The notes: generated by a model not told the origin, from the sequence alone. A stretch of 64,000 bases of DNA from a bacterium (GCA_965216635.1 OZ244188.1:608001-672000), one strand, 5' to 3'; positions 19,204 to 29,097 are shown, numbered from the stretch's first letter. Translations and numbers: made by a program.

Positions 19204-20325
19204 TTATTTGGCGACCCATAGCAAAGGATCTACAGATTTTCCGCCATTTCTTACTGCAAAATAGAGCAAATGCTTGTCTCCTGTATAGGATAAAACAGAG
19301 GCTATTTTTTGCTGTGTGGTGACGGTATCTCCTTTTTTCACTGTCACATTATGTAGCCTACCGTAGATAGAAAAATTAGCCTTTCCGTGATCTAAAATAA
19401 TTAAGTAGTTATAACGGATGACTTTATCTGCAAAAACTACCTTTCCACTGGTTACAGCGCGGACAGATTCGTTTGCGTTGGTTTCTATCAAAACTCCTTT
19501 TTTATGGTAAAAAGAAATTTTTTCATTTTGTTTCCCGAAAGGTTGAAAAATTTTACCTCTCACGGGTAGTTTTTTATTTTTCGTGTTAAAAACAGGCTTA
19601 GAACTAGATCTCTTTCCATAGTCGTCAATATTTTTTTCAATCCCTGCAAAAATTTTCTGATTTTTTTTCTGCTGTTTTTCTACTTCTTTCAAAAACAGTT
19701 GGTATTGCTCTTTTTCAAAGAGAAATTTTTGAGTGGTAATTTCTAGCTGTTTTTTTTGTTGTTGTAAGTGGTTTTTTGCTAGTTGGAGTTTGTGTAATTG
19801 TTTTTTTCTTAATTCCGCTTTTTGAGATAGGTCTTCGCTAATTGAAATTTCTTCTGCAAGTAACAGAGTAATAATTTCTTTGTTTCTGGAGTAGTTTTTA
19901 AAATAATCTAAAGTAGGCAAAAAAGAAGATTGTTTTATTTTTTCTAAAAGATAAGTATGAAAAAATTTTTGATAAATTTGTTCTAAAATTTTATCTAGTT
20001 CTTCTTTGAGACTGGCTAAATCTTTTTCTTTTTTTTTTAGATCTTTTTGGGTCGTAGAAATTTCTAATTCTATAGCTCTGATGAGGCGGTGAGATTTTTT
20101 AATGTCTCTTTCCAGTGAGGTTAAAACAGAATAAATATTTTTTTTTTGCTTCTGAGAAGATTGACGTGTCCACGAAATATAATCTTTAAGTTTTTTAGAA
20201 GAATTTTGAGCCTGAGTCGGGTGTTCTAAATTAATAAAAAGAAAAACAAAAATGATTGAGGTTTTTTTCAATCCACTAGAACTTTTTCTCCACTTAGCTG
20301 GTAATTTCAATTTTTTGAATAACAT
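19204..20325 (-). CDS. envC: Murein hydrolase activator EnvC-like (coiled coil plus degenerate M23 domain)
   Basis: Long coiled coil, LPVRGKI..PFG, IILDHG, LYFAVR..GKSVDP; zinc ligands degenerate; downstream of ftsEX. Confidence 0.75.
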   Translation of the reverse strand: MLFKKLKLPAKWRKSSSGLKKTSIIFVFLFINLEHPTQAQNSSKKLKDYISWTRQSSQKQKKNIYSVLTSLERDIKKSHRLIRAIELEISTTQKDLKKKEKDLASLKEELDKILEQIYQKFFHTYLLEKIKQSSFLPTLDYFKNYSRNKEIITLLLAEEISISEDLSQKAELRKKQLHKLQLAKNHLQQQKKQLEITTQKFLFEKEQYQLFLKEVEKQQKKNQKIFAGIEKNIDDYGKRSSSKPVFNTKNKKLPVRGKIFQPFGKQNEKISFYHKKGVLIETNANESVRAVTSGKVVFADKVIRYNYLIILDHGKANFSIYGRLHNVTVKKGDTVTTQQKIASVLSYTGDKHLLYFAVRNGGKSVDPLLWVAK

Positions 20326-21361
20326 TGTAGATGGCAGACCATGAGCTAATTAACCCAATGAAAACTAGAGTTAAAAAAGAATACAATAAAAAATCTGGTT
20401 TAAAAAAAACAGCTACTTCTCCCACAAACGACGAACCTGCGGGTGCTGAATCTGCCCCAAATAAATTTGCCCCAAATAAATTTGCCCAAGAAAAATTTGC
20501 CCAAGAAAAATCCGCCCCAAATAAATTTGCCCAAGAAAAATTTGCTAAAGAAAAATCCGCCCCAAATAAATTTTCCCAAGAAAAATTTGCTAAAGATAAA
20601 TCTGCCAAAGATAAACTTTCACTCGCTCCTAGAAAGGTAACAGTGAATAAAAATATCACATAAACGACTAAAGCCCCCAATAGACATCCTAGTGTAGTGA
20701 TTAAAAAACCATTAAACATAAAAGGAGTATAGATAAAACGTGCGGTTGCCCCTAAAATCAATAAAACTTCAATTTCTTTTTTTAGATTAAAAAAGACAAC
20801 TTGGATGCTATGATTGACGATATAAAAAACACTAGTCGCTAATAGCAACAAAAAAAAACCTCCTAGGATACGGATGACGAAAAACAAAATCTCTATTTGA
20901 GAGGAAGAATCTAAACCTGATATAAGATTATAGGTGTGGGTGTTATTTTTTAATTCTTGTATGAATTTTTTTGATTCTGTCTTATTTGTTTTCAGAGTAA
21001 ATTCAATTACATACGGAAATTTATTGAGTTCTAAAGATAGTAAATCTGTATTGATTTTATCAAATGCTTCTAAAAGCTCTTTTTTTGCTTGAGTGGGAGT
21101 TACTTTTTCAGCATTGATAATATTGAAATTTTTTTTAATTTCTCGGTAAAGTTTGTCTACTTCTGTTTCAGAGGTGTTCTGTTTTAGTATCAAACTGTAG
21201 TTTGATACTTCAAAAATATGGTCCAAAATTTTGATACTATTGCTGTAAAGTAGAGAAAAGCATCCGAGTATAGTAATCAATATTGTGATGGGCAGGATGC
21301 CTCCGAAAAGAGTAGATTTGTTGGTTGAAAATATGTGCCACCACTGTTTTAAACTACCCAT
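20294..21361 (-). CDS. ftsX: Cell division permease FtsX carrying a pentapeptide-repeat insertion
   Basis: 4-TM layout, KKEIEVLLILGAT..FI..PF..G motif, adjacent to ftsE. Confidence 0.82.
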   Translation of the reverse strand: MGSLKQWWHIFSTNKSTLFGGILPITILITILGCFSLLYSNSIKILDHIFEVSNYSLILKQNTSETEVDKLYREIKKNFNIINAEKVTPTQAKKELLEAFDKINTDLLSLELNKFPYVIEFTLKTNKTESKKFIQELKNNTHTYNLISGLDSSSQIEILFFVIRILGGFFLLLLATSVFYIVNHSIQVVFFNLKKEIEVLLILGATARFIYTPFMFNGFLITTLGCLLGALVVYVIFLFTVTFLGASESLSLADLSLANFSWENLFGADFSLANFSWANLFGADFSWANFSWANLFGANLFGADSAPAGSSFVGEVAVFFKPDFLLYSFLTLVFIGLISSWSAIYNVIQKIEITS

Positions 21362-22040
21362 GTTGCACTTTTTTAATAGATTGATTTTGAATTAAAAAAA
21401 TTTTTGCTTGCCGCGAGCTAATCAAAGCTAAATCGTGAGTTGCGATTAAGACTGTAGTTCCTTTATCACAAAGCAAATACAAGAGATTTAAAACTTTTTG
21501 AGAAGCCTCGTTGTCTAGGTTAGCCGTAGGCTCATCTGCCAAAATAATAGCGGGGTTGACAATGGCTGCTCTTGCTAAGGCTACCAATTGTTTTTCTCCA
21601 CCAGAAAGGCTGTGCACATTTTGTTTTAACAAATGCACAATGCCACAACTTTCAGCCGTTTTTTTGGTTGCTAGATTGATTTTTTTTTTGGACAAACCTT
21701 GAATATATAAGGGTAATTGGACATTCCTAGCAACTGTTTGATTTTCTAGCAAACGGTAGTCTTGAAAAATAAAACCTATATTTCTTCTTAAAAACGAGGT
21801 AGACATTTTTGTCTTGCCCGAAAAATTTACCGCTAGACCTGCTGGCGAACCCAGTGTAATACTACCACAATCGGCTCTCTCTAGGTGGTGAATGATTTTT
21901 AAAAAGGTAGATTTTCCAGAGCCCGATTTTCCTGTTAAAAAAGCGAAATCTCCTTTTTCTAGTGATAGGTGAACATTTTGAAATAGAGGCTCTTTGCCTC
22001 CAAAGCTCTTCGTTATTCCACTAACTTCTATGGAGGTCAT
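21354..22040 (-). CDS. ftsE: Cell division ATP-binding protein FtsE
   Basis: GKSGSGKST, LRRNIGFIFQDYRLL, LSGGEKQ, ADEPTANLD, ATHD. Confidence 0.88.
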   Translation of the reverse strand: MTSIEVSGITKSFGGKEPLFQNVHLSLEKGDFAFLTGKSGSGKSTFLKIIHHLERADCGSITLGSPAGLAVNFSGKTKMSTSFLRRNIGFIFQDYRLLENQTVARNVQLPLYIQGLSKKKINLATKKTAESCGIVHLLKQNVHSLSGGEKQLVALARAAIVNPAIILADEPTANLDNEASQKVLNLLYLLCDKGTTVLIATHDLALISSRQAKIFLIQNQSIKKVQHG

Positions 22041-22654
22041 AGTATTCCTTTAGAAGAAAGTATTTGGTTGCCGCTTATTCTAGTAGCTTGTTTGATGCTA
22101 TGAGCAAAGCCTTTGAATAGAGATTCTACGCAGTGGTGATCGTTTCCACCGTAAAGTAATTCTTGGTGCAGAGTCATTGCGCTGTGAAAGCTGAGAGAAT
22201 GAAAAAAATGTGACAACATTTCTAGGGGAAAATCTCCTACATACTGTCCTTTAAAGTTTGCTTTGAAAATATGATAAAATCTACCGCATAAATCTAAACT
22301 CGTACGAGAGAGACTTTCATCCATCGGCAGATAGGTTGTTGCATAACGCACAATACCTTTTTTATCACCTAAGGCTTGGCACAAGGCTTGTCCTAAAACT
22401 ATACCAATATCTTCTATGGAGTGATGAGAATCTACTTTTAAATCTCCTTTGCAAGCAATTTTTAAATCTAGCTCACCGTGAAAAGCGAGTAATTCTAGCA
22501 TGTGATTCAAAAAACCTATACCTGTGTCTACGGTATAGTTTCTGGCTCCATCTAGATTTAAAGTAAGTTCTATTTCTGTTTCTTTGCTTATTCTTTTGAT
22601 TGTGGCTGTTCTCATCTTGGTTGTAGTTGTTTTTTCCATAGCTCTTTTTTTCAA
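22037..22654 (-). CDS. hisB: Imidazoleglycerol-phosphate dehydratase
   Basis: TGIGFLNHML, DSHHSIED, PMDESL, NDHHCVES.FK, SSKGIL. Confidence 0.95.
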   Translation of the reverse strand: MKKRAMEKTTTTKMRTATIKRISKETEIELTLNLDGARNYTVDTGIGFLNHMLELLAFHGELDLKIACKGDLKVDSHHSIEDIGIVLGQALCQALGDKKGIVRYATTYLPMDESLSRTSLDLCGRFYHIFKANFKGQYVGDFPLEMLSHFFHSLSFHSAMTLHQELLYGGNDHHCVESLFKGFAHSIKQATRISGNQILSSKGIL

Positions 22655-22742
22655 TTAATATTGAAAGGGAACTACTGCTGGTATACTAAACTAGCAAAAT
22701 CAATGCAAGAAATGAAGAGAGAGGGGAGTAGGGAGGAATAGC

Positions 22743-22778
22743 GGTTAGTTTTTTTATTGTGAAATAAAAAAACTAACC
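22743..22778. terminator. Hairpin, putative terminator downstream of the OMP gene
   Basis: GGTTAGTTTTTTTAT-TGTGAA-ATAAAAAAACTAACC inverted repeat. Confidence 0.5.
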
Positions 22779-22800
22779 CATATATTAAGAATCTAAAACT

Positions 22801-23397
22801 CTAAAAGCGGTAGGTTAAATCTATAAATAAAGTAGCTATTCCAATACCGAAATCAGATTTAACATCCCCTGCAGAGGTAGTGTTACTATAGCCGAAACCA
22901 GATAACAAATAACCCAAACCTACTTGAAATGACTCGCTGATATTCCAATCATAACCTAGGTTATAACCAAAAGCACTTCCAGATTCTGAAAAACCAGTGT
23001 TATTATTTTCTATAGTTCCTGTTCCAAAACCAACTCCTAGATAAAATCCAGAATTAAAGACATAATTAGCTATAACAAGCGAATTTTTTATTTTTATGCC
23101 ATCAAAATCATCTTTAAGATTCCAAGTGAGATTATTGTAAGAAACTCTCCAGTTTGGAAAATTATAACCTACTTTCAATCCCAATCCGCTACCAAAACTT
23201 TCAGTTTCTGTGTTTGAATGCTGATTAGTTCCAGTAGAAGTAAAAGTACAACCCATACAAATTGACTCCTCTACAACAGCAAAATTACCAGAATGAAACG
23301 GAGAAACGCCAACAAAAACTCCTTTTTTTTGTTGAGCCGAAAGCAAAGAAAATCCTAAAACTAATAGGATAGGTATAAGTATGATTGTTTTTTTCAT
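22801..23397 (-). CDS. Outer-membrane beta-barrel protein (8-strand OmpA/OmpW-like); true start MKKTII at 23397
   Basis: Signal peptide, KGVFVGVSP, GLKVGYNF, FYLGVGFG, YNLGYDW, terminal IDLTYRF. The ORF-track extension to 23535 lies in a repeat element. Confidence 0.8.
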   Translation of the reverse strand: MKKTIILIPILLVLGFSLLSAQQKKGVFVGVSPFHSGNFAVVEESICMGCTFTSTGTNQHSNTETESFGSGLGLKVGYNFPNWRVSYNNLTWNLKDDFDGIKIKNSLVIANYVFNSGFYLGVGFGTGTIENNNTGFSESGSAFGYNLGYDWNISESFQVGLGYLLSGFGYSNTTSAGDVKSDFGIGIATLFIDLTYRF

Positions 23398-23423
23398 AAT
23401 TATTTTTTGATTAAAGTTAATAA

Positions 23424-23664
23424 GAGACCTTTGAATTTGTGTTATGTGACGGCTAGGCAAGGCGAAAAAAATTTTTAGCTCGTAGGAATACTCAAGTATT
23501 TCAAGGGCAAATTTTTTTTTAATGCCGTAGTGCAATGCATTGCAAAACTTAAAGCTAACACAATATAGACTGCAAAAGAGCCGCTGGCTCTTTTGCTAAA
23601 GTCTGTATTGGCGTAAAAGCAATAAGCTTGCTTTGACTAAACAGAACGCAAATTCAAAGGTCTA
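23424..23664. mobile_element. MITE-like element, inverted mosaic copy
   Basis: GAGACCTTTGAATTTGTGTT...AACGCAAATTCAAAGGTCTA with the internal GCAAAAGAGCC.CTGGCTCTTTTGC hairpin. Confidence 0.8.
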
Positions 23665-23665
23665 T

Positions 23666-23924
23666 AATAGTTGAAATCAACTAAAAAAATTAAATAACTT
23701 TATTTTACTTAAATGTCAAGAGAAAAATCAGCCCTGCTAATAAAAATACAGAAAAATTCTTTTTCAATAGATTGATTTTGAATTAAAAAATTTTTTGCTT
23801 GCCATAAACTAATCAAAGCTAAATAGTTGAAATCAACTAAAAAAATTAAATAACTTTATTTTACTTAAATGTCAAGAGAAAAATCAGCCCTGCTAATAAA
23901 AATACAGAAAAATTCTTTTTCAAT
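23666..23924. repeat. Two identical 103-bp direct repeats enclosing a copy of the ftsE 3' end
   Basis: 23666..23768 = 23822..23924; 23766..23824 matches 21375..21433 at 54 of 59 positions by eye. Confidence 0.85.
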
Positions 23925-24081
23925 GGCGTAGTGCCACAATAATGGGATCAGGGCACTACAAAACTTAACGTTCAGCAAGAGTGAAATGTGAAACAGCCAG
24001 TGGCTGTTTCACAAATAGCCTGTCTGAAGTTTTAAGCAATAAGCTTGGTTTGGTTAAACAGAATGCAAATTCAAAGGTCTA
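23917..24081. mobile_element. Truncated MITE-like element (right TIR only)
   Basis: Shared modules GTAGTGCC...GGCACTAC and TGTGAAACAGCC..GGCTGTTTCACA; ends GCAAATTCAAAGGTCTA next to the following stop codon. Confidence 0.7.
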
Positions 24082-25374
24082 TTATATTTTTATGAAATCT
24101 CTTAAAGCATACCACCAACTACCCAAAACAGAATAGGCTACGCGGAACTTTCTTCCACCGGGAAAAGGAAGCCAAGGAAGGTTGCTAAAGAAGAAATAGC
24201 GGCTAGTATTTCCAGTGATTGCTTCGCTTAAAATTTTCCCAAAAAAATGAGACGATGCAAGTCCGTGTCCGCTGTAGCCGTGAGCGAAGTAGGTGTTTTC
24301 ACCTATCTTGCCCATTTGCGGAAAACGAGAAAAGGCAATCCCCATATTTCCACTCCAAGTGTAGTCTATTTTAATTCCTTTTAGCTGTGGAAAAACCTTT
24401 TCTATATTGGGTCTTAATTTCGCTTCAATATCTCTGGGTGTAGTTCCTCCATAAAGAACACCTCCGCCAAAAAGTAGGCGATAGTCTTGGGAAATACGGT
24501 AATAGTCTAAAATATACCTTTGGTCAGATATACAAGCGTCGCTGGGAATAAGTTGTTTAGCAAATTCTTTACCTAGCGGCTCCGTTGCTACCATTTGTGT
24601 AGATGCTGACAAGATACGGTGTTTTAGTTTGGGAACAATATCCAAATAACCGTTGCCACAAAGTAGTAATTTTTTACACCTTACTTCACCTTTATTTGTT
24701 TTTACAAGAGGCATTTTTTCTTTGGTGTTGATACTTATAGCAGGAGAATTTTCATAAATCACTCCCCCTGATTTTTCTAAAGCAGCAGCTTCCCCCAATA
24801 CAAGATTGAGCGGGTGTAAATGTCCCGCATTTAAATCTAATAAACCACCGCAATAAACATCAGAATCTAAATACTCTTTTAATGTTTTTTTATCTAATAA
24901 TTGGCTTTCTATACCATATTTTTGCATTAACTGATATTCTTGTTTGAGCCCTTTCAGCTGCCTTGAATTATAGGCTACATAAATATTTTTAGGTTTAAAG
25001 TCACATTTGATGCGGTGTTTTTTTATTAGTTGGTGGACAATACTCACGCCTTCGTGGGCAAGTCTGCCGATGTAATCGGCTCTTTTACGCCCGAAAAGAC
25101 GCATTGCTGTTTGATGACTTCCTATGAAATTTAAAAGATGTCCTCCGTTTCTACCTGAAGCTCCCCAACCTACGCTAACTCCTTCTAATACAATGGGGTT
25201 ATAGCCTTTTTCTGCTAAAAAAAGAGCAGTTGAAATTCCTGTATAACCCGCTCCTATAATACAAACATCGGCTTCGTGATAACCTTGCAAGCTTTTTCTT
25301 TTGGGGGCTGGATTGGCAGTTGTTTGGTAGTAGCTCAAGGAGTTAGGGATATTTTCAAAATAGGGTTTTTTCAT
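24082..25374 (-). CDS. FAD-dependent oxidoreductase, PuuB/OrdL (gamma-glutamylputrescine oxidase) family
   Basis: IIGAGYTG, GWGASGRNGG, HLHPLNL, LDYYR, GYSGHG, PFPGG. Confidence 0.85.
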   Translation of the reverse strand: MKKPYFENIPNSLSYYQTTANPAPKRKSLQGYHEADVCIIGAGYTGISTALFLAEKGYNPIVLEGVSVGWGASGRNGGHLLNFIGSHQTAMRLFGRKRADYIGRLAHEGVSIVHQLIKKHRIKCDFKPKNIYVAYNSRQLKGLKQEYQLMQKYGIESQLLDKKTLKEYLDSDVYCGGLLDLNAGHLHPLNLVLGEAAALEKSGGVIYENSPAISINTKEKMPLVKTNKGEVRCKKLLLCGNGYLDIVPKLKHRILSASTQMVATEPLGKEFAKQLIPSDACISDQRYILDYYRISQDYRLLFGGGVLYGGTTPRDIEAKLRPNIEKVFPQLKGIKIDYTWSGNMGIAFSRFPQMGKIGENTYFAHGYSGHGLASSHFFGKILSEAITGNTSRYFFFSNLPWLPFPGGRKFRVAYSVLGSWWYALRDFIKI

Positions 25375-25389
25375 TTTTTTAGGGGTAGC

Positions 25390-26772
25390 TTACACTACAT
25401 TGATATAACTTTGTAACTCAAATCCGTCAATATTTTTTAAAAAAATTTTATTTTCTTGTTTTTTTGTTAAGGCAAATAGCTCTCGTAGGCTATCAGAAAA
25501 TATTTTTTTTACGATGCTTCCTTTTTCAAATTCAAAAATAGCATTTTCCCAATTTTGAGGAATACTAGGTAAATCTAAAGAATAGACTGTTCCAGTTTGC
25601 TCTTTGGGAGGTTGAATTTTTTTTTCTATTCCTTCCAGCGCTGCTCCTAAAATTGCTGCTAATACCAAATAAGGATTACTATCTGCTCCAGCGACTCGGT
25701 GCTCTATTCTTTTACTATTGGTTTTTGGTATTCTAATGGCTGTTGTTCTATTATCGTAGCCCCATGCAATTGCAGAAGGGGAATCCTGTTCTGCGGCTAA
25801 TCTGCGATAAGAATTGAGGTGGGGTGCAAATAAAAGGGTACTTTCGGGCATTGCCTCTAAAAGACCAGCTACCGCATTTTGTAAAATAGGAGATCCGAGA
25901 TCGTTAATAGAAGCAGGCTGGCTTCTATCCAAAACATTGCCCAAAACATTAGAAAACACATTCTGTCCTTTTTCGTCTAATAAACTAAAATGCACATGGC
26001 AACCACTACCAGACCACTCCCCGTGAGGTTTGGCAATAAAGGTTGCAGCTAATGAATGTTTTTGTGCTACACCGCGGACTAGTCTTTTAAAAAGTAGGGT
26101 ATCATCAGCGATTTTAAGACAATCTTTGCTATGGGCAAAATTGATTTCAAATTGAGCAATGCCATCTTCGGATGAAGTGCAGGTGATTTTTATGTTTTGT
26201 TTTTTGCAAGTTTGATAAACATCTTCTAAAAAAAAATCAAAATCGTCCAAATCTTTTATGGAAGACAGATCTGTAGTCAAGGTTCTTTTTTGATTGGGTA
26301 GAAAAGGAGGAGTAAAGTCTTGTCTGTTTGGGTTGTATAGATAAAATTCCAATTCAGTAGCTACAACAGGGGTTAGTTTTTTTTTTTTATAATTGTCTAA
26401 AACTTTTTTTAAAGCCCTTCTAGAATCAGGAGCATTTTCGTCTAACAACCACAAAGGAATAAAAGCAGTGGGGTTTTTATTCCAATCTACAGGCACAAGT
26501 CCTCTTTCTGTAGGCTCGTGCAAAAAATCTTTATCTCCGCTATTGGTTACTAAAGAATTTCCTTCTACAAAATTTCCCCAAATATCTAAAACCGAACAAA
26601 GTGGCATTCCTATTGGTGCGGTTTGTAATTCTTCTATTTTCTCCGCCGAAATTCTTTTACCGCGAAAAATTCCATTGAGGTCACAGATGGCAATTTGTAG
26701 GTTACTAATATTTTTTCCTAGCTGGTTTTCTGCTTCCTTTAGTTGTTTTTGTAAATTCATTTTTAATTTCAA
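25390..26772 (-). CDS. Glutamine synthetase-like gamma-glutamylamine ligase (PuuA family)
   Basis: DLNGIFRGK, ATELEFY, QFEIN, SGSGCHVHFSL, NSYRRL, WGYDNRT, IEHRVAGADSNPYL. Confidence 0.85.
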   Translation of the reverse strand: MKLKMNLQKQLKEAENQLGKNISNLQIAICDLNGIFRGKRISAEKIEELQTAPIGMPLCSVLDIWGNFVEGNSLVTNSGDKDFLHEPTERGLVPVDWNKNPTAFIPLWLLDENAPDSRRALKKVLDNYKKKKLTPVVATELEFYLYNPNRQDFTPPFLPNQKRTLTTDLSSIKDLDDFDFFLEDVYQTCKKQNIKITCTSSEDGIAQFEINFAHSKDCLKIADDTLLFKRLVRGVAQKHSLAATFIAKPHGEWSGSGCHVHFSLLDEKGQNVFSNVLGNVLDRSQPASINDLGSPILQNAVAGLLEAMPESTLLFAPHLNSYRRLAAEQDSPSAIAWGYDNRTTAIRIPKTNSKRIEHRVAGADSNPYLVLAAILGAALEGIEKKIQPPKEQTGTVYSLDLPSIPQNWENAIFEFEKGSIVKKIFSDSLRELFALTKKQENKIFLKNIDGFELQSYINVV

Positions 26773-26894
26773 GAAATATGATTTTTATATAACCCTATTT
26801 GTGTTAAAAAACAAGGATTCTTGATTAATATTTTTTTAAATAAAAAAAAATATGAAAAAATGAAAATTTTTTTATTGACAGTTTTTTTTTTCTA

Positions 26895-27791
26895 TTGCAT
26901 TTATTTTATTTATTTATTTTTTATATGAATATACTGCAAAAAAAAAAACTTCATCAGTGGATGAACAACTATAGCTTAGAGGTTTCGGCTAAAGAATCCA
27001 CAAAGTTCTTTTCGTTTGAGAGTCCAGTGCCAAAAACTACCAAAATTTATTTTCCGCATATTCAAGGAAAAAATTTTGCAGAAGAGGTAATAAAACCAGC
27101 TCAGATTTTAAGCGAATTAGGCTTTACTCCAGTAGCCCACCTTGCAGCGAGAAATCTTAAAGACGAGGCAGAATTGGAAAGCTGTTTAAAAGCACTGACA
27201 GAAAAAGTCCCTACAAAGGAAATTTTGTTGTTGGGTGGGGGTAACAATCCTCCTGTTGGGACAATCTGTAGTGTTATGGATATGCTAAATACTGGGCTTT
27301 TTGAAAGTTATGGGTTTGAGACTATCGGAGTGGCGGGGCATCCAGAAAAGCATCCTAAAGTTTCTGAAAAAATCCTTTTGGAGGCAATGAAAGAAAAATA
27401 TGATTATACAAAAAAAAATAAGCTGAATTTTTATATTTTAACGCAGTTTTGTTTTGCTATAAAACCTGTTATGGATTGGTTAAAGAAATTAGAAAAGGCT
27501 GGTATTAATCCTCCAATTCGGTTAGGAGTGATGGGAATAGTGGGTATAGTCTCTCTAATTAAATATGCTCTTTATTGTGGTGTAGGAAATTCTTTACAAA
27601 TTGTCAAAAATAAATATAAGAGTATTCATAAAATGGCGAATAAATATTATAACGAAGATTTTTTTTTACCTATGCTAGAAGCACTTGGTGAAAACTATCC
27701 TAATGTGGAAGGTCTACATGTTTTTTCCTTTGGTAGTAGTGAAAAAACAGTAAATTATTTCAAAGGGTGGTTAGAGAAAACCAAAGTCTAG
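26895..27791 (+). CDS. metF: Methylenetetrahydrofolate reductase-like protein (start probably 26925 or 26961)
   Basis: YSLEV, PVAHLAAR, GVAGHPEKHP, TQFCF, CGVGNS, GLHVFSFG. Confidence 0.8.
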   Translation: MHLFYLFIFYMNILQKKKLHQWMNNYSLEVSAKESTKFFSFESPVPKTTKIYFPHIQGKNFAEEVIKPAQILSELGFTPVAHLAARNLKDEAELESCLKALTEKVPTKEILLLGGGNNPPVGTICSVMDMLNTGLFESYGFETIGVAGHPEKHPKVSEKILLEAMKEKYDYTKKNKLNFYILTQFCFAIKPVMDWLKKLEKAGINPPIRLGVMGIVGIVSLIKYALYCGVGNSLQIVKNKYKSIHKMANKYYNEDFFLPMLEALGENYPNVEGLHVFSFGSSEKTVNYFKGWLEKTKV

Positions 27792-27825
27792 TTTTACAAA
27801 CAACAAGCTCAACTAATTAAACAAT

Positions 27826-29097
27826 ATGAGTGAATTATTAAAGAAAAGAAGGGTTCCCGCTCCCTTAGTCCAAAGTGGAGATAGTCGTGCAGATAAAGGC
27901 AGTGAAGGAATAGGTGCGGAAGGCTCTCGTATACTGATTGATACTAGAATCAGAAAAGGGCCCTTTTGGCATCTTTCTCAAGAACAGGGTTGCTGGTGTC
28001 ACAGTGTTTATAACAGAATTTATCATCCAAGAGCTTATATTAAGCCTGAAGATGGTGGTTTAATGAAAGAATACGAATATCTAACGCAGCATGTTACTAT
28101 GTGGAATGTTGCTGTAGAGAGGCAAATTCAAGTTAAGGGTGCCGATGCTGCTAAATTTGTAGATATGGTGATTACAAGAAGAGTGAGTGATATTAAACCA
28201 AATTCTTGTCGCTATGTGATTTTGTGTAATCAATATGGCGGGGTTTTAAATGATCCTGTATTATTGAGAGTAGCAGAAGATGAATTTTGGTTTTCCTTGT
28301 CAGATTCTGATATTGGATTTTATTTACAAGGGGTGAATACCTTTGCTAAAATGGATGTGGAGATTCATGAAATTGATGTAGCCCCTGTGCAAATTCAAGG
28401 TCCAAAATCTACTCCTTTGATGGAAAAATTGTTTGAAGGAATAGATATTCCTTACTATGGCTTGATGCACACTGAAATTAAAGGACGCAAATGTGTGATT
28501 AGTCGGACTGGTTTTTCTGCAGAGGCAGGTTATGAAATCTATCTGTATGACGCTCACAAATACGCTGAAGATATGTGGTATGCTGTGCTAGAAGCAGGTA
28601 AAGAATTTAACTTGAAAGTTATTGCTCCAGGACATCACCGCAGAATTGAGGCTGGAATTTTATCTTGGGGTCAGGATATGGATCAAGAAAATAATCCGTT
28701 TGAAATAGGATTAGGTTGGCAAGTGCATTTTGATAAAGAGGATTTCATTGGTAAAGAAGCTCTGCAAAAAATCAAAACAGACGGCGTGACTCATAAACTT
28801 TGCGGAGTGAGAATGGGTGGTAAACAAATTACTTGGTATCCATCGGATTTTTACCATGTGCATGTGGATGGACAGTTAGCAGGTTATATTACTTCTGCTT
28901 GGTATTCTCCAGAGCAAGAATCTAATATTGGATTTGCTTTTATGCCAGTGAAATATACTGAAGTTGGCACAAAATTTAGCGTTACCTTGTCTAAAACTTA
29001 TGCAGATTCTCCAGTAGAAGCAGAGGTAGTAAAAACTCCTTTCAAAAAACCAGATTCTGCTGGGACTGGTTTGTTACAAACGGGAACGAAACTGTAA
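27826..29097 (+). CDS. GcvT/DmdA-family tetrahydrofolate-dependent aminomethyltransferase
   Basis: VYNR, VTMWNVAVERQIQVKG, NDPVLLR, SRTGFSAEAGYEIY, RRIEAGILSWGQD. Confidence 0.85.
   Translation: MSELLKKRRVPAPLVQSGDSRADKGSEGIGAEGSRILIDTRIRKGPFWHLSQEQGCWCHSVYNRIYHPRAYIKPEDGGLMKEYEYLTQHVTMWNVAVERQIQVKGADAAKFVDMVITRRVSDIKPNSCRYVILCNQYGGVLNDPVLLRVAEDEFWFSLSDSDIGFYLQGVNTFAKMDVEIHEIDVAPVQIQGPKSTPLMEKLFEGIDIPYYGLMHTEIKGRKCVISRTGFSAEAGYEIYLYDAHKYAEDMWYAVLEAGKEFNLKVIAPGHHRRIEAGILSWGQDMDQENNPFEIGLGWQVHFDKEDFIGKEALQKIKTDGVTHKLCGVRMGGKQITWYPSDFYHVHVDGQLAGYITSAWYSPEQESNIGFAFMPVKYTEVGTKFSVTLSKTYADSPVEAEVVKTPFKKPDSAGTGLLQTGTKL

Noticed and set aside
23398..23535. N-terminal extensions of the OMP (and of rpmE, 46615-46656)
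   Set aside because: Extensions read through repeat elements; downstream ATGs give a normal signal peptide or the canonical L31 start.
21375..23824. Diversity-generating retroelement TR/VR pair
   Set aside because: Only 59 bp, the differences are not confined to adenines on one strand, and there is no reverse transcriptase in the window.
26773..26925. SAM/THF/glycine riboswitch upstream of metF
   Set aside because: The region is almost pure A/T with no recognisable aptamer motifs.
27826..29097. Assignment as dmdA or gcvT proper
   Set aside because: Family motifs are shared by several demethylases and no gcvH/gcvP is adjacent; it cannot be resolved without a phylogeny.
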